Source of the DNA: an uncultured Verrucomicrobiae bacterium
Lineage (GTDB): Bacteria; Verrucomicrobiota; Verrucomicrobiia; Limisphaerales; Palsa-1400
Reading direction: 5' to 3'
Length of the DNA: 64,000 nucleotides
NCBI GenBank assembly: GCA_963707025.1
Contig: CAVPOM010000012.1
Span: forward strand, 32,001-96,000
Numbering within the stretch: position 1 is the first letter of the stretch; every line of letters begins with the position of its first letter. Positions 21,049-30,770 of this stretch are shown one piece after another. The notes below the pieces were generated by a model. It was not told the DNA's origin and did not search any database. It worked only from the letters and a program-made list of their open reading frames with translations. A program made the position numbers and the translations under genes.

Positions 21049-23118
21049 TCATTTCTTGCTCCATTTGTCCTTGGCCTTGGCGGCGGCTTCGCTGTAGGGG
21101 AAATCCTTGAGCAAACGGCCCAGGGCTTTTTGCGCCTCTTCCTTCTTGCCCAGGGCCAGGCCGGTCTCGACCACGGAGTAGAGAACTTCCGACTGGCGCG
21201 GGTCGCCGCCGGCCAACGCCAGCAGCGTTTGTCCGTCGGTGAACGCGCGCTGGAATTCCTTGCGCCCCATCGCCAAGTCAAGGGCCAGCAAACCGGTGTC
21301 GAGCGACATTCGCTCCAGCGGCATGTCCAGTTGCAGCCGGTCCAGCGCCTCCTGCGCGTCTTCCCAGTGGCCGTGTTCGAGCAAAATGGAGGCGCTCTCC
21401 AGGCGGGCCGCCCGCGCCGCGTTGAAGCCTGCGCCCGCCTGCTTTTCCCCGGCGGCGGCAAACTGTTTGCGCGCCTCCTCGGGCTGGCCGCGCGCCAGCA
21501 ACAGATCCCCCTGGAGCAAGCGCCAGCGCCGCCGGTCGTCCGCGGTGAGCAGGCCGCCGGTAATGCCGCCCAGCACCTTGCCAGCCTCGTCCAGTTCGCC
21601 GGTGCAATGAATGAGCAGCGCGGCCAAATGCAGTTTGGCCGGATCGCTGACTGCCGGCACGGCCCTTTGCGGCGCCAGGGCGAGTCGAAAAGACTTGTCC
21701 GCCAGCGCGTCCCCCGCATCGCCCTGGTGCTCAAAGACCAGGCCCGTTTTATAGAAGGTCGGCCCATAAACCGGCACATTGAACTCGCTCTGCCGTTTCA
21801 TCAGGTTTTCGCCGCTGTGCATGAGCAATTCCGGGTCGTCGGCGCGTTCCGCCAAATCCCACACCGCCATGAGATCGCGCGCCGGCATCAGGGCCAGGTC
21901 GCGGTGCAGCAGATCGCTTTTGGCCTGATTAAACACGTCGTCGCGCCACCAATCGCGCTGTTGCCATTCGGGGATGATCCGCACCCGGACGGAATTGGTG
22001 GCCACCACCGCGCCGTTCTCCCAGGCCTCGACCTCGACCAGGCGCAGGCCAGGTTCCGGGAAGAAATGCCGGGGATTGACCCCGGTGTCCTCGCCGCCAT
22101 CGTCGAAATGCCAGCGAAAACTGCGGCGCGGCGCACTGTTCACCACGCGAAATTGCACCCGCACGAACATGGCTTCAGCCAACGCGCAGTGATCCACCGT
22201 GTGCCAGTCAAAGTAAAGCCGCTCCGCGCCGCGCGAGGCCGACTCGCAGCGGGTCGCGCGGAAACGCGCCACGGGCCCAAAGGCCGACGGCGGCATCAAC
22301 TCGACATGCGCGTGCCCGGGCGGTTTCCAGGCGGCAACCGCCGCCGAGGCGCTGCCGAGTTGGATTTGCAGGTAGCCCAGGCGATGCACGCCGGCGGGCA
22401 GTGTAATCGTTCCGCTGTGTTCGCCATGCCGGCCTCCTTCCGCGCCATGCATCCCGTACCACGTCGCCACCGTGCGATTGTCCACCTCCAGATAGGACGC
22501 GTCGTCCGAAGCGGTGGCGAAAGTATATTGGGCTGCGGCCGGCACGGTGAACCACCCGGTAAATGTCGCAATGTAGTACGCGCTCGGCCCGAAAGGATTG
22601 GCTCCCAGGAAAATGTCCGGCACGTAGTCGCGCCCGGACGGCGTGCTGGCGCTGTTCAACAGGCGCGCCACTTCTGCCGCCGTGTTGATCGGCAGGTCGC
22701 TGCGGCAGGCGCGCGTTTCCACCAGGACGGCCGCCTCCGGTTTCCAACTGCCGCCCGCGGCGGGCAGATCGGGGCCGTAGCAGACATAGTAGGCCGTGTC
22801 CCCGCTGGAGGTATCGAAACAAACCCGGGTCGGTTCGCCTTGGGCGGTCCAAATCTTTTCGAACGCCACCGGTTTGCCGTCGGGATTGAAAATCCCGAAC
22901 CCGCCCGGCGCATTCAAGCAAGGGGCGATGTCCACCACCCCCATCTTCGCCGGCCAGTCCGTTTGGGCGATTTTATCAATCCGCAGGCGCAACGGGGCTG
23001 TCGTCACGGGATTGTTCTGGGCGCGCGCGGGGCCTTGGGCCAAAACGCCACCGAGCAACGCCAGCAGCGCCGTGGCCAGTTGCTCCCGGAATTCTCTTCT
23101 TCCAGAAGTCCTAGCCAT
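21049..23118 (-). CDS. Secreted protein with PA14-like, PKD-like and C-terminal TPR domains
   Basis: YTFATASDDASYLEVD (PA14); RWHFDDG (PKD-like); LLKDFPYSEAA (TPR end); start MARTSG overlaps the upstream stop. Confidence 0.75.
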   Translation of the reverse strand: MARTSGRREFREQLATALLALLGGVLAQGPARAQNNPVTTAPLRLRIDKIAQTDWPAKMGVVDIAPCLNAPGGFGIFNPDGKPVAFEKIWTAQGEPTRVCFDTSSGDTAYYVCYGPDLPAAGGSWKPEAAVLVETRACRSDLPINTAAEVARLLNSASTPSGRDYVPDIFLGANPFGPSAYYIATFTGWFTVPAAAQYTFATASDDASYLEVDNRTVATWYGMHGAEGGRHGEHSGTITLPAGVHRLGYLQIQLGSASAAVAAWKPPGHAHVELMPPSAFGPVARFRATRCESASRGAERLYFDWHTVDHCALAEAMFVRVQFRVVNSAPRRSFRWHFDDGGEDTGVNPRHFFPEPGLRLVEVEAWENGAVVATNSVRVRIIPEWQQRDWWRDDVFNQAKSDLLHRDLALMPARDLMAVWDLAERADDPELLMHSGENLMKRQSEFNVPVYGPTFYKTGLVFEHQGDAGDALADKSFRLALAPQRAVPAVSDPAKLHLAALLIHCTGELDEAGKVLGGITGGLLTADDRRRWRLLQGDLLLARGQPEEARKQFAAAGEKQAGAGFNAARAARLESASILLEHGHWEDAQEALDRLQLDMPLERMSLDTGLLALDLAMGRKEFQRAFTDGQTLLALAGGDPRQSEVLYSVVETGLALGKKEEAQKALGRLLKDFPYSEAAAKAKDKWSKK

Positions 23119-24292
23119 ACGCGCAACGCGCTTTGTCCACCGGCATGCCCCGCAGGTCAATTTGCGCCGGATCCGCCGTGCCCAGGCCGGCTTGTTCGGC
23201 CAGCAGCATCGTATTCTCGCAAAATTCAAAAGGATGCGTTCCCCGGGCCGCGCGCGGTTCGTAACCCATCACCGCCGCGGCCACCGCATCCGTGGAGACC
23301 GGGTTCAATCCCACCACCAGAATTCCGGGCGTGATGCGCTTGACGACGGCGGCTTGATCGCACCACGGGCCTTCTCCTCCGGTCATGGCCGAGATGCCGT
23401 CCACAATGGCCAGGTCAATCGGCCGCGCCCCGCACAGGTCCACCACGATCCGCGGCACGCGCGAAAACGGGTCGCGCAACGCCGCCCCGGCCTTGATCCC
23501 CGGCAGCGCCAATTTTTCATAACCGTCGGGACTGTGCAACGGCGTCCGTCCTTCGGTGGCCTTTTCGCTGCCCGCTCCGCTGCCATAAAGCGAATTGGGG
23601 GTGATGCCAAACATGTTTTTCATCGAGAGCGTGACCCCGGCGGTCAGGTGGCGTTTTAGTTTGGCCAGGGAAATCATGACGTCGGTGTCCTGGTAAGAGT
23701 GGTTGAGATCGAAGGAGGAAAACATGAAACCACCCGATGGCACCGCCAGATGCGCGTAGGCTTTGCCGTGCCCCAAATTGCGCGTGTTTTCGTATTCCAC
23801 CTTGCCCAAGGCGCCGATTGCCTTCACGTCCCATCCCGCCGCGACCAGGCTCGCCGCCAATTCCTCCTGGCTGTTGGTTGATTCGACCAGGCGCACGCGT
23901 GACGCCCCGGCCTGGAAGAGCAGCGACAACAAAGCCATGATCGTGGCGCTATGGGTCATATACGTTTCCCCAACGGGCAGGCCCAGGTACGACTTGAAAT
24001 CTGTTCCGGTAAGATTGATTTTGATCGCAACCGTTTTGTTGCGCACCAGTTTGTCAACGCCTCCGATCAAATCAAAACCCTTTTCCAGCGCCGCTCTCAC
24101 CTCCGCCCCGTAGCCAGGGCAGGCCACCAAGGCGACCTTGGCTTGGGAGCGGACGCTGGCGGGAAGATTCGTCTGGTCAGCCAGCGCGTCCAGTCCGCTC
24201 AAGGCCAATGGCCCTCCCAAGGCCAACGCGGCGCTGTGGCGGATAAAAGCGCGGCGGCCGCACTTAAGCCGGGGAGAATTGCCTTCGAGCAT
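23111..24292 (-). CDS. DUF362 family protein with a Tat-like signal
   Basis: GRRAFIR; VAIKINL, ISLAKLKRH..AGVTLSMKNMFG, AIVDGI..M.GGEGPW, NPVSTDAVAAAVMGY. Confidence 0.85.
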   Translation of the reverse strand: MLEGNSPRLKCGRRAFIRHSAALALGGPLALSGLDALADQTNLPASVRSQAKVALVACPGYGAEVRAALEKGFDLIGGVDKLVRNKTVAIKINLTGTDFKSYLGLPVGETYMTHSATIMALLSLLFQAGASRVRLVESTNSQEELAASLVAAGWDVKAIGALGKVEYENTRNLGHGKAYAHLAVPSGGFMFSSFDLNHSYQDTDVMISLAKLKRHLTAGVTLSMKNMFGITPNSLYGSGAGSEKATEGRTPLHSPDGYEKLALPGIKAGAALRDPFSRVPRIVVDLCGARPIDLAIVDGISAMTGGEGPWCDQAAVVKRITPGILVVGLNPVSTDAVAAAVMGYEPRAARGTHPFEFCENTMLLAEQAGLGTADPAQIDLRGMPVDKARCAYG

Positions 24293-24632
24293 GGCTGAAT
24301 TTTACCAGAATCCCGCCGAAAATCAATTCGTAAAGGCAACGCCCCAGCCACAGGCCGCAGGGCGGAGCGCCCGCCCTGCTTTCCCGGCCAACCCATGACT
24401 CACGCATTGCTTCGTAAATTGCGAGGCGCCTCTCACTTTTTGGACAGTTCCCATAGCAGGGAACGCCGTCCCGATTCGGAATCGGGATCAAGGCCGGCGC
24501 CGCGCCGCGACCCCGCCAAAAACTGGGATGCGCCCTAAATTGCGTTGCGGGGAGAAATTTGGCTGGTTCGTCCCGTCCCGGTTTGATAAGCTTGCCTTTA
24601 TTGGAGAATCAACCAAGATTTCGCTCCCGATT

Positions 24633-25820
24633 ATGCCTAGCGCCGCCGGCCTTCCAGCCGCCATCACCCCCGATGGCGCGCCCGATCCATTGGCCTGGTT
24701 CGCCGGCATGATGGATCATTGTTATGACTACGCGGAAGCGGCCAGGGCGCAGGGCCGGCCCATCGTGGGCATCATGTGCGAATTTACACCGCGCGAAATC
24801 ATCCTGGCTGCCGGCGCCGTGCCCGTCTGCCTTTGCGGCGGTTCGGCCGCGACCATTCCCACGGCGGAGCAATTCCTGCCCGCCAATTTGTGTCCGCTCA
24901 TCAAATCCACCTTCGGTTATCACGCCGCCGGCAGCAATCCGTTTCTGAATTGGGCGGAGTTGGTCGTCGCCGAGACGGCCTGCGACGGCAAAAAGAAAAT
25001 GTTCGAGCTGATGGGCGCCACCAAACCGATGTATGTGCTCGAACTGCCGCAAAAGTCGGATGAGGCCGACGCGCTGGAACATTGGATCGGGGAGGTGCGC
25101 AAGTTCAAGGAGCATCTGGAGCAACGGTTTCAAACCCCCCTGACGGAGGAGAAACTGCGCGACGCCGCCCGGCTGATGAACCGAGAGCGCGGATTGCGGC
25201 GGCAACTGGCCGCCCTGATGACGCGCGATCCCCCGCCACTGACGGGACGGCAATTGATTGAGCTTAAAAGCATTATCTCCGGCATCGAAGCGGACCTTCA
25301 GCAGTATGAACGGGCCATCCAGTGGTTCGGTGGCCGCACCGCTTCTCCCTCGCCCGGCCTCGGCAAAATCCGGGTTCTCCTGACGGGTGTGCCGATGGTC
25401 CACGGCGCGGAGCGGGTCTTGGAACTGATCGAAGACGCCGGCGCGGTCGTGGTCGCCATGGAAAACTGCACCGGCCTCAAACCCATTCTCGACGATGTGG
25501 ATTTGGACGAGCCGGACATTCTTGGCGCCATCGCGCGCAAATACTACCACCTGCCCTGCTCGGTCATGACGCCCAACGCCCGGCGTTTCCAAACGCTGCG
25601 CTCCCTCGCCGCGCAATTCCGGCCCCACTGCGTCATCGAGCTGATCTGGCAGGCCTGCCTCACCTACGACATCGAGTCCTTCCAGGTCCGCAAACTGGCC
25701 GGGGAAGAGCTTCATCTTCCCTACCTGAAAATCACGACCGATTATTCGCCGTCGGATTCGGCGCGAATTTCGGCGCGTGTCGAAGCCCTGTTTGAAACCA
25801 TTCGCGCCAGGCTCCCTTAA
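24633..25820 (+). CDS. Double-cubane cluster reductase (DCCP/YjiM-like; 2-hydroxyacyl-CoA dehydratase family)
   Basis: VGIMCEFTP, LPANLCPLIKS, ETACDGKKKMFE, ENCTG, PCSVMTPN, QACLTY, TDYSPSD..RVEA. Confidence 0.85.
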   Translation: MPSAAGLPAAITPDGAPDPLAWFAGMMDHCYDYAEAARAQGRPIVGIMCEFTPREIILAAGAVPVCLCGGSAATIPTAEQFLPANLCPLIKSTFGYHAAGSNPFLNWAELVVAETACDGKKKMFELMGATKPMYVLELPQKSDEADALEHWIGEVRKFKEHLEQRFQTPLTEEKLRDAARLMNRERGLRRQLAALMTRDPPPLTGRQLIELKSIISGIEADLQQYERAIQWFGGRTASPSPGLGKIRVLLTGVPMVHGAERVLELIEDAGAVVVAMENCTGLKPILDDVDLDEPDILGAIARKYYHLPCSVMTPNARRFQTLRSLAAQFRPHCVIELIWQACLTYDIESFQVRKLAGEELHLPYLKITTDYSPSDSARISARVEALFETIRARLP

Positions 25821-25854
25821 AGCAAGCTGGCAGATCAAACCACCCTGCACCCGC

Positions 25855-26662
25855 ATGAAATCAGCGCCGCAAATTCACCTCTCGGATGTCCAGGCCGTCT
25901 ATTCCGGGCCGGAAGGCCGCCTCTGGGAACTGCTCATGGGCGAACAAATTCATATTGGCGGCTTTCAATCTTCCATGGACCTCGCCCAGCGGGCGGGCAT
26001 TGCCGCCGGCTGGGAGGGCGTTGACCTCTGCTGCTGCACCGGCGCCGGCATGAGGTTTTTGGCCCGCTTCCTCAAGGTGCGGCGCATGACCGGCGTGGAC
26101 GCCACCCCCGCCGTGCTGGAACTGGGCCGCCGCCGCTGCGCCGAAGAAGGCCTCGCCGAAAAAACTTCGTTCGTCAAAGCCAATGTCTGCGCGACCGGCC
26201 TGCCGTCCGCCCGGTTCGATTTCGTGTGGGGCGAAGACGCCTGGTGCTACGTCGAGGACAAGGCGAAGTTGATCGCCGAGGCGGCCCGGCTGATCAAACC
26301 GCAAGGCAAAATTGTTTTCACCGACTGGATGGAAGGCCCGGTTGAATTGACGGGGGCCGAGGCTGGCCGCTATCTCGGTTTCATGAAATTTCCCAGCGTG
26401 CTCACCCTCGGCGAATACCAGTCCCTGCTTCAAGCCAGCGGCTGCTCGGTGCGGGTGGCCGCATAACACCGGACGCTTCGCCTCCAGCGTGTCGCTTTAT
26501 CTCAAAATGATCGAAAAACAACTCACCTACGACGCCCTGAAAATCATCGGCTTCGACCTCGCCCTCGCGCAAAGTCTCATTGCTGAAATGCGTTTTATTC
26601 AATCGCTCGCCCAGACCGGAAAAATCAGCCAGGGCCTCATCGTCGCCGAAAAAGCCGGGTAA
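25855..26662 (+). CDS. Class I SAM-dependent methyltransferase (+1 frameshift near 26462)
   Basis: GEQIHIGG, DLCCCTGAG motif I, FDFVWGEDAWCY; the +1 frame continues NTGRF...GLIVAEKAG* to 26662. Confidence 0.8.
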
Positions 26663-26676
26663 AACCGGCCCGCACC

Positions 26677-27645
26677 ATGGACGTGTTCCTGACCAGCCCG
26701 TGGATCCCCGCCGAATGGATCCGGGCGCACGGCTTGCAGCCGCGCGGCCTCTGGTCGGCGGAAAATTTCCCGGACGGCGCGTGGCCGCTTTCCGCCGGGG
26801 TGTGCGCCTTTGCCGAGGCCGCGATCCGGTTTGCCGAAGCGCGGACCGATGGCGCCGTGATTTTTTCGACGGCCTGCGACCAACTGCGGCGCGGCTGCGA
26901 CGCCGCCCTTCTCCATGGACAGCGCCGCGCCTTTTTGTTCAACCTGCCGGCCACCTGGCAGACCGCGGCGGCCGGGCAAATTCTCCGCTCCGAACTGGAG
27001 CGGCTGGGGAAGTTTCTTTTGTCCATCGGCGGCCGCGCGCCGTCGCCGGAAGGGTTGCGGCGGGAAATGTTGCGTTCCAGCGGGACGCGACAGCGTTTGC
27101 TCGAATCAGCCCCGGCCAGTTCTCCTCGCGGATTTGCCCAAGCGGTGGCGCGCTTTCATTGGGACGGCGCTTTTTCGCCGCCGCCGCCGGCTGCTCCGGC
27201 CGATCAAACTCCGCTCGCCCTGGTCGGCGGGCCGTTTCTCGCGCGGGACTGGAAATGGCTGGACGAATTGGAAGCCGCCGGCGGCCGGGTCGCGCTCAAC
27301 GCCACCGAAATGGGCGAGCTTAGCCTGGGGCCGGCTTATGAATTTGAGGCGGGCGCCATCCCGCCATTCGACGCCCTGGTCCGCGGCTGCTGCGACCACC
27401 TCATTGCGGTGTTCCAGCGGCCCAACACCCGGCTTTATTCCTGGCTGGAGCCGCGGCTGGCCTCCCGCCGCGCACGCGGCATCGTGCTCTGGCATTTCAC
27501 CGGCTGCGATTTGTGGCGGGCCGAGGCGCAGACCTTGCGGGAAACTTTTGGCCTGCCCGTTTTGCTGCTCGAAGCCAGCGGCGAAGCCGGCGCCGCCCCG
27601 CGCGAGCGCAACCGCCTCCAGGCTTTCGTGGAAACGCTGCGATGA
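26677..27645 (+). CDS. 2-hydroxyacyl-CoA dehydratase-family subunit
   Basis: SPWIPAEWIRAHG, GVCAF, TACDQLRR, FQRPN, GCDLW, RLQAFVETL. Confidence 0.75.
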   Translation: MDVFLTSPWIPAEWIRAHGLQPRGLWSAENFPDGAWPLSAGVCAFAEAAIRFAEARTDGAVIFSTACDQLRRGCDAALLHGQRRAFLFNLPATWQTAAAGQILRSELERLGKFLLSIGGRAPSPEGLRREMLRSSGTRQRLLESAPASSPRGFAQAVARFHWDGAFSPPPPAAPADQTPLALVGGPFLARDWKWLDELEAAGGRVALNATEMGELSLGPAYEFEAGAIPPFDALVRGCCDHLIAVFQRPNTRLYSWLEPRLASRRARGIVLWHFTGCDLWRAEAQTLRETFGLPVLLLEASGEAGAAPRERNRLQAFVETLR

Positions 27646-29027
27646 ACGCCGCGCCGCGCAAGTTGAATTTGGACGAGTGGGACGGCCGCTACGAGCAGCT
27701 CCGGCGCGACGGCCTGCGCGAAACCGCTTACGGCGGGGCGTTGCGACGCCATGTTGTCCGCGAAAAGGATTTTCGCCTGCAACAATTGCAGTTCGACAAC
27801 TCGCCCGCCGCCCTGCGCCTCTGGAATTTTCTGCTGACGGAAAACCAGCGCCTGCATCAGGCCCGCGCCGGCGGCCACAAAATTGTCGGCACGATGAAGG
27901 ATCTCGGCACCGTGCCGGTCATGGCCTACGCGCTGCCGGGGGTGCGGGCCTTTTATCCGGACGGGGCGTGGTGGACGCCCTGCCTGATGGAATGCAGCGA
28001 CCAACTGCTGCACCAGGCGGAAAGGATGGGCCTGGACGCCTCCTTTTGCCCGGTGCGCGCCATGCTCCCGGCCTTCCTGAATGGCGCCCATTTCCCGCGG
28101 CCCGATTTGCTGGTTTGCAGCACCGGCGCCATCTGCGATGATTTTTCCGCCATCGCCCAGCGCCTGGAACATCTCGGCCATGCCATCCTCTGGTGGGAAA
28201 TCCCACGCCGCCGCCAGCCCGATTCGGGCGAAACGGCCTGCGCCCTGCCGGGCAGGCTCGCCGCCCCGCAAATTCAAGTGGACTGCGTGCGGACAGAATT
28301 GCAGCGCGTGGCCAACGCGCTGGGCGAACTGGCCGGAAAAACCCTGGACAACGACGGTTTGGCCGCCGGCATTCGCGCGGCCAATCAAGTCCGCCGCCGG
28401 CTGGACTCCTTGCGCCGCGCCGTTTATGGCGCGCCCGCCCCGCCGCTGCCCGCCCTGGAAATGCTCGTCGCAGAAATGCTGGCCCTTCATTTCTGCTCCG
28501 ACCGCCAGGAAACCATCGCCGTGCTCGACGATTTGCTCGCCGAGGTGCAAGCGCGCCTGCGGCGCCACCAGTTTATCGCCGGCCCCGGGGCCGCGCGCAT
28601 TTTCTGGGTGAATCCGGTCGCGGATTTGCGCGCCATGAACTTGTTGGAGGATCTGGGCGGACGCCTCTGCGGCTCGGATTACATGTTCACCCACGCGCTG
28701 GATTTGATTCCCGAAGATCTGCCGCCGCTGGAAGCCCTGGCCCGTACCGCCCTGGCCGATCCCATGGTCGGCCCGACGGCCGACCGCGCGGCCCGCATCG
28801 TCCGCGAATGCCAGGCCGGCGGCGCTGAGGCCGTGGTCGTCTCGCGCATTCCCGGCGCCAGCCACTGCGCGCGCGAGGGGGAAATCATCCTGGCCATGGT
28901 GCGGCGGGAAATCGGGATTCCCGCCATCGAACTGGAAATTCCGCCGGTGTGCGATGCCCTGCGGCCGAGCCTGGTCTCGCGCTTGCAGGCGCTGGTGGAA
29001 ACCGCGCAAGCCCGGAGGACAACATGA
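27642..29027 (+). CDS. 2-hydroxyacyl-CoA dehydratase-family subunit
   Basis: FCPVRAM, GAICDD, GASHC, RLQALVE; ATGA-coupled on both sides. Confidence 0.75.
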   Translation: MNAAPRKLNLDEWDGRYEQLRRDGLRETAYGGALRRHVVREKDFRLQQLQFDNSPAALRLWNFLLTENQRLHQARAGGHKIVGTMKDLGTVPVMAYALPGVRAFYPDGAWWTPCLMECSDQLLHQAERMGLDASFCPVRAMLPAFLNGAHFPRPDLLVCSTGAICDDFSAIAQRLEHLGHAILWWEIPRRRQPDSGETACALPGRLAAPQIQVDCVRTELQRVANALGELAGKTLDNDGLAAGIRAANQVRRRLDSLRRAVYGAPAPPLPALEMLVAEMLALHFCSDRQETIAVLDDLLAEVQARLRRHQFIAGPGAARIFWVNPVADLRAMNLLEDLGGRLCGSDYMFTHALDLIPEDLPPLEALARTALADPMVGPTADRAARIVRECQAGGAEAVVVSRIPGASHCAREGEIILAMVRREIGIPAIELEIPPVCDALRPSLVSRLQALVETAQARRTT

Positions 29028-29815
29028 TTTGCGCTGGCATAGACGCAGGCTCGCGCGCCATCAAGGCGGTCTTGTTCGACACCGGCCAGGGGCAAATTCT
29101 CGCCTCCGGCCTGAGCGACCAGGGCGTGGAACAGGAACGGCTGGCCACCGAACTTTTTGAAAAACTGTTGCGGGAAGCCGGACTGGAGCGGTCGCAGATT
29201 TCCGGCGTGGTCGCCACCGGCTACGGGCGCAATGCCGTCCGTTTTGCCGACACGACCATCACCGAAATCACCTGCCACGCCCGCGGGGTCCACCGCCTGG
29301 CGCCGGACGCGCGCACCATTGTCGAAATCGGCGGACAGGACAGCAAGGTCATCAGCCTGGAAGAGGGCGGGCGCGTGCGCGATTTTGCCATGAACGACCG
29401 TTGCGCGGCGGGCACCGGGCGTTTCCTGGAAATGGTCGCGGCGCGGCTGGACATGGATTGGGCAGAACTGGCGGAACTCGGACGCCAAAGCAAAAAGCCC
29501 GCGCTGATCAGCAACATGTGCGTGGTCTTCGCCGAGACGGAAATCATCGGCCTGCTGGCGGAGGGCCAGCCCTTGCCGGACGTGGTGGCCGGCGTGCAAA
29601 ACGCCATCGCCACCCGGGTGGCGGCCCTGGCCGGCCGGTTCATTTCGCCGCCGGTTTATTTCACCGGCGGGGTCGCCTTGCTGCCCGGCATGGCCCGCGC
29701 GCTGGAGGAGGTTCTGGCTTGTCCGGTCCGCGTCGCGCCGCAACCGCAGTTCACCGGCGCTCTCGGCGCCGCCCTCTCCGCCGCCGCCATAAAGCCCGCC
29801 GGTGGCGGCCTCTGA
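29024..29815 (+). CDS. ATP-dependent activator (HgdC/YjiL/BcrAD archerase)
   Basis: GIDAGS, ATGYGR, EITCHARG, IGGQDSK, MNDRCAAGTGRFLE, MCVVFAE, GALGAA. Confidence 0.92.
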   Translation: MICAGIDAGSRAIKAVLFDTGQGQILASGLSDQGVEQERLATELFEKLLREAGLERSQISGVVATGYGRNAVRFADTTITEITCHARGVHRLAPDARTIVEIGGQDSKVISLEEGGRVRDFAMNDRCAAGTGRFLEMVAARLDMDWAELAELGRQSKKPALISNMCVVFAETEIIGLLAEGQPLPDVVAGVQNAIATRVAALAGRFISPPVYFTGGVALLPGMARALEEVLACPVRVAPQPQFTGALGAALSAAAIKPAGGGL

Positions 29816-29822
29816 CCAGAGT

Positions 29823-30179
29823 TTACTTGGGGAGAAGTCTCATCCGAATTCCAAAGTCATCAACCACGCTGAAGTGCCCTGCCCAATCATCGCGCAAGGC
29901 CAAAGCGGTGGAGACACGTTCAGCGGTAACCGCGGACGACACCTGAGAGATTCGAAAGAGTATTACGCCGTGCGACGCTCCTGCGCCCTGCCGGCAAACA
30001 AGCTGCCCAAAGTCTTTGTCAAACGTCATGAGCAACCGATGTTCCCTGTGGGCGCGCGCCAGCACATCCTTATCGGGAATGCCGGGCGCGCTTTCGCGAA
30101 TCCAAAGCACGTCATGGCCATTCTGCCGCAGTTTGACAACGCAGTCCTCAGAGATGTTCTCGTTGGCGCACAGGCGCAT
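29823..30179 (-). CDS. DUF5615 PIN-like toxin
   Basis: MRLCANENI...LRQNGHDV...LMTFDKDFG. Confidence 0.85.
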   Translation of the reverse strand: MRLCANENISEDCVVKLRQNGHDVLWIRESAPGIPDKDVLARAHREHRLLMTFDKDFGQLVCRQGAGASHGVILFRISQVSSAVTAERVSTALALRDDWAGHFSVVDDFGIRMRLLPK

Positions 30180-30187
30180 GGCCGGGA

Positions 30188-30415
30188 TTATTTGGCCGGT
30201 GCAAAAGCTTTTTCTTCGCTCAACCGTTCTTGGGCATAGGCGGCGCAGGCTCTCACCTGCTCACGGCTCAGCCGATAGTTGCGCATGATCTCTTCTTCCG
30301 GCCATCCTTGCGCGATCAGGCCCAGGACGAACTCAACCGCCAGCCTCGTGCCCCGAACCACCGGTTTCCCCACCAAAACGGCCGGATCAACCGTAATGTA
30401 ATCGTGGCAGTTCAT
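30188..30415 (-). CDS. DUF433 antitoxin
   Basis: ITVDPAVLVGKPVVRGTRLAVE...ACAAYA. Confidence 0.88.
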   Translation of the reverse strand: MNCHDYITVDPAVLVGKPVVRGTRLAVEFVLGLIAQGWPEEEIMRNYRLSREQVRACAAYAQERLSEEKAFAPAK

Positions 30416-30770
30416 CGCTCTGTAAAATACCGCCAAACGCGCGATTTGTCACCACGAAAAACTATTTGGAAATACAAATTCCACCGTCCTGCGGTCCCGT
30501 ACTTATCCGCCGTGGATTTTCCTGCCCTTCCCCGTCCGCGAACCAGACGAAGGGACACAGGTTGGCGATGCGCCAGGCCCATTTCGACCCGGCGGCGGGC
30601 TATGAACAAAGCTCGTCATTTGCAAAAGCAATTCACACCCGTCTCATAAGGGGAAAAGTCTGGTGCTGACCTGTTCATTTGCAAGGGTTTAATTGGTCTT
30701 CGGGGTAAAATGAGATTTTGATTTTTCCGAGTTTGGCTTTTGGGTTTGGTATGCGCCTGTTTGGGCGCGT

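Noticed and set aside
24470..24488. Palindrome TCCCGATTCGGAATCGGGA as an operator of the dehydratase cluster
   Set aside because: It resembles the TCCCGA..TCGGGA REP core seen at 11104 and 11175, so it is more likely a repeat remnant
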